Assembly: GCA_044220955.1 (NCBI GenBank) | Contig: JBGAQA010000040.1 | Coordinates: forward strand, 1 to 54,932 | From: Sandaracinaceae bacterium | GTDB taxonomy: Bacteria; Myxococcota_A; Polyangia; Polyangiales; Sandaracinaceae | Direction: 5' to 3' | Length of the DNA: 54,932 nt | Shown: piece by piece, positions 8,984 to 16,013 of the stretch | Layout of the letters: each line of letters opens with the position of its first letter | How positions within the stretch are numbered: the stretch's first letter is position 1 | Notes under the pieces: model-generated | Seen by the model: only the letters and a program-made list of their open reading frames with translations | What the model was told of the DNA's origin: nothing | The model's database searches: none | Program-made: the position numbers and the translations under genes

Positions 8984-10858
8984 TCAGAGCCCTTCGGCGA
9001 CGCACCACCAGCCCGGGTACGGGCAGTTGGTCCCGTCGCAGTACTCTCCGTCGCAGCTGCGCGCGCTGTAGCCGTCCGCGCACGAGCAGGTGCCGTCGGC
9101 GTTGCAGACGCTGAACGAGGGACACGTCCCCGCCGAGCAGTGGACCGTGAAGTTGGCGACGCCGCACACCGCGCACCAGTAGTCGGGGTAGCTGCACGCT
9201 CCCGCGCAGGGCCGTCCGTCGCAGGTGGCGACCTGCGTGCCCTCGGGGCAGCTGCAGCGGCCGCCCGCGACGCACTGACCGTCGTTCGGGCACGTGGTGC
9301 TGCCGCAGTCGGTGCCCCAGTTGCCGGCGCCGCACGCCGTCGGTGTGCACCAGAAGTCCGGATACGTGCAGCCGCCCCCGGGACACGCAGTGCCGTCGCA
9401 CGCGCTCGCCGTGAAGCCCATGTCGCACGTGCACACGCCCGCGGCGCAGGTCGAGTGCGCCGGGCAGAACGTCGAGCCGCACGCGGTCGTGAAGTTCGAG
9501 GGCCCGCACTGCGCGCCGCAGACGCCGCAGTCGTCGGGGCAGCTCGCGCAGCTCTCCATCATCGGCGCGTCGCACGTTCCGTCGCCGCAGCTCGCGGGCG
9601 GCGTCGGGCACGTCGCACAGGTCGTGTGCACGCCGAAGATCCAGTCGTGCCAGATGTCGCCCGACGCGGGCACCGGCAGCTCCGTCCCGCCGCCCGACGT
9701 CGCGACGTAGCCGTTCGGCGACGAGCGCAGGCGGAACACCGCGAACTGCCCCGGGATCATCGGCGCGCTGATCGACAGCATCTGCACCTGGCCGTCGTGG
9801 ATGCGCACGGTGTTGGTCGCGCCGAAGCTCGCGCCGAGGTCGCCCGCCCAGTTCGTGCGCATCACCGTGACGGACCAGTCGCCGCGCGGCCCGGTCGCCC
9901 ACCCGGTGATCGGGACCATCGTCGTGGTGCCGGCGTTGACGGTGATCCAGTCCGACGCCGCGGATGCGCTGTAGTAGGGCTCGGCGAGCGCGGGCACGCA
10001 GGGGTCGCCACCGGCCGCCGCGGCGGCGAGGCTCCAGCTGCGCTGGTAGACGAAGCCGCCCTCGTGGTAGCGCGAGCCCTCGCAGAGGTCCGCGTTCTCG
10101 ACGCTGCCTCCCTGGAAGTAGCTCCACGCGGAGATCGACCAGGGCGGCAGCCCGCCCGAGACCATCGTGTGCACGGAGGGCATCGCGTAGCCGGTCGGCG
10201 GGCGCGCGTCCGAGATCGTCTCGACGATCTCGTGGCTCGCGATCTCGGTGAGGTTGTCGAGCTCCGTGTCGCCCGACGCGAAGCCGCAGCGCTGGATGAA
10301 CGCGATGCCGTCGGTCGACACGCCGACCGGCGCGCCGGCCGAGAGCGCCCAGTGCTCGCCGACGAAGCCGCAGTCGTTCGGGAAGCTCGTCCCCGGCGGG
10401 TAGAACACGGCGTAGATCGTGTGTCCGTCGGGCGCGAGCTCCGGCTGCGCCGCGGCGAGGTCGGCCACGTACTGGCGCAGCGCGCCGAGGCCGACCGACG
10501 CGGGCATCGCCGGGCCCGTGACGTGCAGGCTCGTCGCGCTCGCGGGGGCCGCGAAGCCGTACTCGCTCGCCGTCTCGCCGAGCCAGGTGCTCGCGAGCAG
10601 CGCGTCGCCGAAGTCGAAGAGCGAGCTCGCGAGCGGCTCGCCGGTCGCGACGACGATGACGAGGCGCGGCGCGTCGATCTGCGAGCCGCCGCGACGCGGC
10701 AGGATCGGGAACGGCGGGTGGGGCGCGCCGACGTAGCCGGCGTCGCTGCCGCCTCCGCCGTCGTTGCCCCCACCCGCGTCGCCCGGCGGCGGCGGGTCGG
10801 AGCACGCCAGCGCGAACAGAGTGACGAACGCGACCGCCCCGAGCCCCCATGCGCGCAT
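8984..10858 (-). CDS. Lipoprotein with a putative HExxE metal-binding domain and three C-terminal EGF-like Cys repeats
   Basis: Lipobox ALAC, IASHEIVETISD...ENADLC...YQRSWS, and three repeats ending CxYPxxWC. TATCCT 7 nt upstream of the ATG. Confidence 0.8.
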   Translation of the reverse strand: MRAWGLGAVAFVTLFALACSDPPPPGDAGGGNDGGGGSDAGYVGAPHPPFPILPRRGGSQIDAPRLVIVVATGEPLASSLFDFGDALLASTWLGETASEYGFAAPASATSLHVTGPAMPASVGLGALRQYVADLAAAQPELAPDGHTIYAVFYPPGTSFPNDCGFVGEHWALSAGAPVGVSTDGIAFIQRCGFASGDTELDNLTEIASHEIVETISDARPPTGYAMPSVHTMVSGGLPPWSISAWSYFQGGSVENADLCEGSRYHEGGFVYQRSWSLAAAAAGGDPCVPALAEPYYSASAASDWITVNAGTTTMVPITGWATGPRGDWSVTVMRTNWAGDLGASFGATNTVRIHDGQVQMLSISAPMIPGQFAVFRLRSSPNGYVATSGGGTELPVPASGDIWHDWIFGVHTTCATCPTPPASCGDGTCDAPMMESCASCPDDCGVCGAQCGPSNFTTACGSTFCPAHSTCAAGVCTCDMGFTASACDGTACPGGGCTYPDFWCTPTACGAGNWGTDCGSTTCPNDGQCVAGGRCSCPEGTQVATCDGRPCAGACSYPDYWCAVCGVANFTVHCSAGTCPSFSVCNADGTCSCADGYSARSCDGEYCDGTNCPYPGWWCVAEGL

Positions 10859-10874
10859 GGGCGAGAGGATACCC

Positions 10875-12299
10875 CTACCCGAACATCCCCCGCATCACGG
10901 GCGCGCGGACCTCGTGGGTGCGCAGACCGCGCGCGCGCAGGAGCGCGTTCGCGGCGATCATCCCGCTCGTCGCGGCGCGCTCCATCAGCGCGGTCGCGAA
11001 GGGCAGGCGCACGAAGTCGCCCGCGAGCACGACCTCGGCGGCCTCGGTCACGGGCCGCGGGCGCGCCGCGTGGCTGCCGGGACGGAACGCCGGGCAGTCG
11101 CGCCGGAAGAGCCAGCGCTCCTCGAGGATCTTCGCGTCCCTCGTCTCGGGATAGACCGCGTGCATCCCGTCGAGGAGCGCGCGGCGCACGCCGGCCTCGG
11201 TCGCGTCCGGCGGGACGGCGTAGGCGTGAAGCTCCACGACGGAGCCACCGGTGCGCGTGGCCCACGCGAGGCTCTCGTCCTCGAGCTTCTCGAAGATCGA
11301 GACGTTGTCGATCGGCCCGAGCCCCGTCGTGCCGGCGAAGGGCGCACGGTCGCGCCGCGGCGGGCGATCGAGGAAGAGGCGCAGCACGGCGAAGGGCCAG
11401 GTGACGTCGAGCCCCTCGATCGCGCGCTCGAGCGAGCCGGGCAGTCCCGCGCTCCGCGACGCGACCTCCCGCAGCGCCGGGACCGCGAGCGCGAGCACCA
11501 CCGCGTCCGCGTGGCGGCTCCCCGCGTCCGTCTTCACCTGGACGCGACCGGGCTCGCGCGCGACCGACTCGACCGTCACGCCGCGCTCGATCGTCACCCC
11601 GCGCGCCTCGACGTACGCCGCCAGCGGCTCGAAGAGCGCAACACCGAAGGGCCGGCGCAACACGTCGAAGACGAGCCCCTCGGGGTTTCCGAGGAAGTAG
11701 AAGTGGAACATCGCGAGCAGCTCGGCCGCCGAGTACTCGTCCTCGGGGTTGAAGAACGAGTGCGCGAAGACATCGAAGAGCATGTGGCGCGCTTCGCTCG
11801 GGAAGCGGAGCGCGTCGAGGTACGCGCGCGCCGTCACGTCGTCCCAGCGCTCGTAGGTCGTCCGAGGATCGAACGCGAGCATCTCGAGCGCGCGGGCCAC
11901 GTCGACGCGCGCGAGATCGCGCAGCCCGAGCGTCGGCGTGCGCCGCACCAGCTCCAGCAGGTTGAGCGGCGTGCGCGTCGGCAGCGACGCGAAGCTCTCC
12001 GCGGCACCGTCCGGCCCGAGCAGCGGGTAGTCGTGCATCGGCGCGAGGCACGCGAGGTGCGGGTCCACCCGCCGCATCAGCGCGCGGAGGTTGTGGTACT
12101 GGCGGAAGAACGCATGGAAGCCGCGCTCCATCTCGAAGGGCGTGCCGTCCGCGAGGCGGTCGGCCCAGCTCCCGGCGCGGCCACCCAGGTAGCGCTCCTT
12201 CTCGAGGAGCGTCACGCGGACGCCGCGCTCGGCGAGCATCGTCGCGGCCGCGAGCCCGGCGATGCCGCCACCGCACACGATCACGTCGCTCGCGCTCAT
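10875..12299 (-). CDS. crtU: FAD-dependent carotenoid desaturase, isorenieratene synthase (CrtU)-like
   Basis: Start ATG 12299 (MSASDVIVCGGGIAGLAAA). LGGRAGSW, MERGFHAFFRQYHNLRALMRR, FAHSFF, FHFYFLGNPEGL, VVELHAYA, ALMERAATSG match actinobacterial CrtU-type signatures. Confidence 0.75.
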   Translation of the reverse strand: MSASDVIVCGGGIAGLAAATMLAERGVRVTLLEKERYLGGRAGSWADRLADGTPFEMERGFHAFFRQYHNLRALMRRVDPHLACLAPMHDYPLLGPDGAAESFASLPTRTPLNLLELVRRTPTLGLRDLARVDVARALEMLAFDPRTTYERWDDVTARAYLDALRFPSEARHMLFDVFAHSFFNPEDEYSAAELLAMFHFYFLGNPEGLVFDVLRRPFGVALFEPLAAYVEARGVTIERGVTVESVAREPGRVQVKTDAGSRHADAVVLALAVPALREVASRSAGLPGSLERAIEGLDVTWPFAVLRLFLDRPPRRDRAPFAGTTGLGPIDNVSIFEKLEDESLAWATRTGGSVVELHAYAVPPDATEAGVRRALLDGMHAVYPETRDAKILEERWLFRRDCPAFRPGSHAARPRPVTEAAEVVLAGDFVRLPFATALMERAATSGMIAANALLRARGLRTHEVRAPVMRGMFG

Positions 12300-12340
12300 C
12301 GTCGAGGCTCGTCTAGCGCGTCCCGTGGTAGATCGCGAGC

Positions 12341-12811
12341 GTGCGTGGCGTCGTCGCTCTCGCGGTCCTGTGCGGGCTCGTGGCCTGCGGCAACGGCAGC
12401 GGCGGCCGCTGCCTGTCGAGCGCGGAGTGCCAGGCCGGGCTCGTGTGCGTGACGACCAGCGCGCCCGGCCAGGACGGCGGCGGCGCCGACCGCGGCGTCC
12501 GCCTCTGCATGCGCCTGTGCGACTACGACGCGGGCGACGGGGTCGAGCAGCGGCTCTGCTCCGACGGCGCGGTCTGTCTCCCCATCGAGGGGATGCGCGT
12601 CTGCTACCTCGGCGGCAACCACCCCATCCACAGCGCCTGCGCCGACGACACGCAGTGCGAGCCGGGGACGGCCTGCGCCCCCGACACGCACCTCTGCACG
12701 CAGGCCTGCACCGTCGGGACCGACACCCCCTGCGCGTCGAACGAGACGTGCGACCTCGTCGGCGGCGGCCTGTGCCGCGCGAGCATGATCGTGATCGACG
12801 GCGGCACCTGA
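12341..12811 (+). CDS. Small Cys-rich lipoprotein
   Basis: MRGVVALAVLCGLVAC lipobox, CxxxxEC and CxxDxxC repeats, TGGTAGATC 6 nt before the GTG. Confidence 0.75.
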   Translation: MRGVVALAVLCGLVACGNGSGGRCLSSAECQAGLVCVTTSAPGQDGGGADRGVRLCMRLCDYDAGDGVEQRLCSDGAVCLPIEGMRVCYLGGNHPIHSACADDTQCEPGTACAPDTHLCTQACTVGTDTPCASNETCDLVGGGLCRASMIVIDGGT

Positions 12812-12824
12812 GCGCGCCCCAGGC

Positions 12825-12853
12825 TTGACCCCGCCGACCTCCGCGTGGACATT
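12825..12853 (+). promoter_or_regulatory. Sigma70-type promoter for the 12862 operon
   Basis: TTGACC (12825-12830), 17-nt spacer, GACATT (12848-12853), then 8 nt to ATG 12862. Confidence 0.5.
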
Positions 12854-12861
12854 CGGGCCCG

Positions 12862-13398
12862 ATGGGCATCGGCGCGATCGTCCTGGGCGTCTTCGCCTTC
12901 ATCTGCATGGTCGGCGGCGCGCTGCTCGCGTGGGTGCCCTTCCTCGGGACCCTGCTCTCGTTCCTCGCGCCGGTGCTCTCGCTCGCCGGCATCATCCTCG
13001 GCGGCGTCGCACTCTCCCGGGCGCGATCCGGGGGCGGCGAGAGCGAGGGGTTCGCCATCGGCGGGCTCGTGACGAGCATCGTCGCGTTCGTGCCCTCGAT
13101 GATCGTCGCCCTCACGTGTGGGCTCTGCAACACGTGCGCGACGGCCGTGTACCTCGACCCGAGCCTGGGCGCCTACGACGCCGGGCCGCGCGACGCGGGC
13201 GTGCTCTCGAACGGCGCGATCGCGCCCACGCCTGCGTTCCCCCAGGTGCAGACGCCCCCGCCCGCGCCTGCGCCCGCGCCTCCGCCGCTCAGCGCGCCTC
13301 CGCCCTCGCTGGCCCCCCTCCCCACGTCCGCCGGCATCCCCGGCGGCTCCCAAGGTGGCGCGCCGGCGCCCGCGGCCCCGAGCAGCGGGCCCCGCTGA
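12862..13398 (+). CDS. Membrane protein (DUF4190-like) with a Pro-rich C-terminus
   Basis: Three hydrophobic segments with the SLAGIILGGVAL and AIGGLVTSIV patterns, followed by a PAP-rich tail. Confidence 0.7.
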   Translation: MGIGAIVLGVFAFICMVGGALLAWVPFLGTLLSFLAPVLSLAGIILGGVALSRARSGGGESEGFAIGGLVTSIVAFVPSMIVALTCGLCNTCATAVYLDPSLGAYDAGPRDAGVLSNGAIAPTPAFPQVQTPPPAPAPAPPPLSAPPPSLAPLPTSAGIPGGSQGGAPAPAAPSSGPR

Positions 13399-13401
13399 GC
13401 G

Positions 13402-14166
13402 ATGCACCCGATCGTCACCGAGCTCGACCTCTTCGGCGTGCGGCGTCCGATCGGCGGCTACGGCCTCGCGGTCGCGATCGGCGTGTTCCTCTCCTGCGGC
13501 CTGATCGCGCGCGTGGCGCAGCGACAGCGGGCCGACGTGGGGGCCACGATCGCGACCCTCGGCTACTCCGCCGGCGCCGGGTTCGCGGGCTCGTACCTGA
13601 TGTTCGTCGCCGTCGAGTGGGCCCGCACCGGCGACCCGATGGCGGGCCTGCGCACGGGCGGCCTCGTCTTCTACGGCGCCGTGCCTGGCGTCGCGATCGC
13701 GTCCTACCTCTCCGCGCGCGCGTTCGAGCTGCCCTACTTGCGGATCCTCGATCAGTCCGCGCCCGCGATCGCGTTGGGCCACGCGCTCGGACGCATCGGC
13801 TGCTTCCTCGGCGGCTGCTGCTTCGGCGCGGAGTGGCACGGGCCCTGGGCCGTCACCTACGTGCACCCGATGGCGCCGGGCGCGCACCCCTCCGTCCCGC
13901 GCCATCCGAGCCCCCTCTACGAGTCGCTCGGCCTGCTCGTCCTGGCGTTCGTCTTCGCGCTCGTGCCGGCGCAGCGCGTCGGGACCGGTGAGCGGATCCT
14001 CGCGTACGGCGCCTCGTACGCCGTGCTCCGCTTCCTGGTGGAGACCACCCGCGGCGACGCGATCCGCGGCCTCTTCATCGGCCTCTCCACGTCGCAGCTG
14101 ACGTCCATCGCGCTCTTCACGTTCGCCGCGGTGATGCTCGCCCGCCTGCGTCGAACACCCGCATGA
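13402..14166 (+). CDS. lgt: Prolipoprotein diacylglyceryl transferase
   Basis: MHPI start, YGL, GGLVFYG, GHALGRIGCFLGGCCFG, HPSPLYES, RFLVETTRGD, LSTSQ. Confidence 0.9.
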   Translation: MHPIVTELDLFGVRRPIGGYGLAVAIGVFLSCGLIARVAQRQRADVGATIATLGYSAGAGFAGSYLMFVAVEWARTGDPMAGLRTGGLVFYGAVPGVAIASYLSARAFELPYLRILDQSAPAIALGHALGRIGCFLGGCCFGAEWHGPWAVTYVHPMAPGAHPSVPRHPSPLYESLGLLVLAFVFALVPAQRVGTGERILAYGASYAVLRFLVETTRGDAIRGLFIGLSTSQLTSIALFTFAAVMLARLRRTPA

Positions 14167-15011
14167 GGTCGCGCGCGCCGCTCCTGGCCGCGCTCGTGTG
14201 CGCGACGCTCCCGGCGCTCGCTCAGGATCGCGTGCAGCTCGAGGCGCCGCCCGTCGCGTGGATCGCCGGCGGCACGTTCACGATGGGCGCGAGCGACGCG
14301 GACCTCGCGTACGCGACGGCCCTCTGCGAGAGCGACCTCGAGGTGGAGGTCTCGCCGCTCGAGGTGGCCGGGTGCCGCGGGGATCGCTTCGCCGTCGAGG
14401 CGCCGCAGCGCCGCGTCTCCGTGCCGACGTTCGGCATCGATCGGACGGAGGTGACCAACACCGCGTACCGCCGCTGCGTGCTCGCGGGCGCGTGCGCTCC
14501 GTCCGCGACGCGCGAGGGCAGCGAGCTCGCGGCGAGCGCGTACCCGGTGGTCGGCGTGCGCTGGGCCGACGCGCGCGCGTTCTGCCGGCACGCGGGCGGC
14601 CGCTTGCCGACCGAGGCCGAGTGGGAGAAGGCGGCGCGAGGCGACGACGAGACGCGCCGCTTCCCGTGGGGCCGCGTCTACGACTCGGGCCTCTCGAACC
14701 ACGGCCGCGCGCCGGTGCGCACCGACCCGATCGACGGCTTCCTCGGCTCCGCACCGGTCGGCTCGTTCCCGGGCGGGGCGAGCCCCTACGGTGTCCTCGA
14801 CCTCGCGGGAAACGTCGCCGAGTGGACCGAGGACGCGCCCGTCGTGCCGATCGACCTCGGCCTCGATCTCTCGGCGTTCCGCGTCGTCCGCGGCGGCTCC
14901 TACGCCCAGGCGATCACCACGCTCCGCGTCAGCGCGCGCAGCTGGGCCACCGCCGACACCGCCGGCGCCGACCTCGGCTTCCGCTGCGCGTACGACCCCG
15001 CAGACCGATGA
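14163..15011 (+). CDS. Formylglycine-generating enzyme family (FGE-sulfatase/SUMF1) domain protein, secreted
   Basis: GGTFTMG, IDRTEVTN, YPVVGVRW, RLPTEAEWEKAARG, YGVLDLAGNVAEW, RVVRGGS, GFRC. ATGA overlap with lgt. Confidence 0.9.
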   Translation: MRSRAPLLAALVCATLPALAQDRVQLEAPPVAWIAGGTFTMGASDADLAYATALCESDLEVEVSPLEVAGCRGDRFAVEAPQRRVSVPTFGIDRTEVTNTAYRRCVLAGACAPSATREGSELAASAYPVVGVRWADARAFCRHAGGRLPTEAEWEKAARGDDETRRFPWGRVYDSGLSNHGRAPVRTDPIDGFLGSAPVGSFPGGASPYGVLDLAGNVAEWTEDAPVVPIDLGLDLSAFRVVRGGSYAQAITTLRVSARSWATADTAGADLGFRCAYDPADR

Positions 15012-15022
15012 CCCCTGGCGTC

Positions 15023-15451
15023 TCAGGCGGGCATCGTGCGCAGGCCTTCGGCGGCCGCGGCATCGCGGAGCGCCGCATCCGCGCACGCGAACATCACCGC
15101 GCTGCGTGACTCGAGAGCGAGACGGAGCGCCGACGCGAGGTGGACGGCGTCGTACGCGCGCAGCGGCCGTCGAGCGACCAGCTCGCCCGCGAGCTCGAGG
15201 GTGCGCCCGCGGGGCTCGATGATGGTCATCGTGGGCAGCGTGCGCTCGAGCCGAGCGAGCAGCCGACGCACCGCAGCGTCCTCGACTCGTCCCTCGCGCT
15301 CGAGGCGCGCGACCGCCGATCGGACCTCGACGGCCGCGAGCGCCGAGGTCGCGAGGTGGCGCTCGCCGCGCATCATCTCGCGCACGCGCGGCGAGCCCTG
15401 CTCGCGCACGAAGCGCTTCACCAGGGCGCTCGAGTCCAGGTAGTAGATCAA
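15023..15451 (-). CDS. vapC: VapC-family PIN-domain toxin
   Basis: YYLDSSALVKRFVREQGS, SALAAVEV, LRAYDAVHLASA, FACAD. Overlaps the antitoxin stop by 4 nt. Confidence 0.92.
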   Translation of the reverse strand: MIYYLDSSALVKRFVREQGSPRVREMMRGERHLATSALAAVEVRSAVARLEREGRVEDAAVRRLLARLERTLPTMTIIEPRGRTLELAGELVARRPLRAYDAVHLASALRLALESRSAVMFACADAALRDAAAAEGLRTMPA

Positions 15452-15765
15452 CCGCGGTCCTCGAGGATCACCGCGGAGGCCGTGAGCGCGCGACTGCGCG
15501 CCGAGCCGCGCTTGCTCGGGGCGCGACGAAGGATGATCGGCTCGAAGTCGTCCGGCGCGCGCGCGGACCGATCCCGCAGGATGAGGTCGCCGGCCTCGGC
15601 CATGCGCCGCAGGCGCTCATCCACCGAGAGCGCCGCGTCCGTGTCGGCGGGCGTGATCTGCGCGATCGGCCGTCCGCGCAGGGTGACCGTGAGCCGCTCG
15701 CCCCGACGCACCCGCGCGAGGTGCTCGCTCAGCGAGTTCTTCAGGTCGCGTACGGAGACGTGCAT
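15448..15765 (-). CDS. Phd/YefM-family (prevent-host-death) antitoxin
   Basis: MHVSVRDLKNSLSEHLARVRRGERLTVTLRGRPIAQITP, directly upstream of the PIN toxin. Confidence 0.9.
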   Translation of the reverse strand: MHVSVRDLKNSLSEHLARVRRGERLTVTLRGRPIAQITPADTDAALSVDERLRRMAEAGDLILRDRSARAPDDFEPIILRRAPSKRGSARSRALTASAVILEDRG

Positions 15766-15815
15766 CCATTGCAGCTACCATGGCTACATGGGCCGCGCGA
15801 GCGACGCTCGTAGGG

Positions 15816-15989
15816 TCAGATCGGGCCGAGCGTCAGCGGCGCGAACGCTTCGTCTGGAATCAGGGCGCCGAACGAGACGTGGACCCAGAAGTCGTTCCGC
15901 GAACGGTGCCGCGGCTCGCTCGCCCCCGGCGTGCACGCCACGAGGACACCGGCGAGCGCGATCGGTCCGACGTGCCAGGCGCCGCGCAC
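15816..15989 (-). CDS. 57-aa putative lipoprotein (not in the ORF track), possibly a deletion remnant
   Basis: GTG 15989 to TGA 15816: MRGAWHVGPIALAGVLVACTPGASEPRHRSRNDFWVHVSFGALIPDEAFAPLTLGPI. LVAC lipobox; TACGCT 7 nt upstream. Confidence 0.55.
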   Translation of the reverse strand: MRGAWHVGPIALAGVLVACTPGASEPRHRSRNDFWVHVSFGALIPDEAFAPLTLGPI

Positions 15990-16013
15990 GGCGCCCAGCG
16001 TATCAGCCCTCGC

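Noticed and set aside
7584..10850. ORF-track N-terminal extensions (7584-10850, 10875-13133, 16014-20339, 22128-25043, 25149-28187, 46012-50115) read as giant fusion proteins
   Set aside because: The extensions overlap other well-supported genes. Internal starts with signal peptides, -10 boxes or ATGA coupling explain the true genes.
14163..15011. FGE-domain protein as a true formylglycine-generating enzyme
   Set aside because: It lacks the catalytic Cys pair after RGGS (reads RGGSYAQAITTLRVSAR), and no sulfatase is nearby.
15011..16013. TA region as a mobile element or genomic island
   Set aside because: No transposase, integrase, tRNA, terminal inverted repeats or obvious compositional shift.
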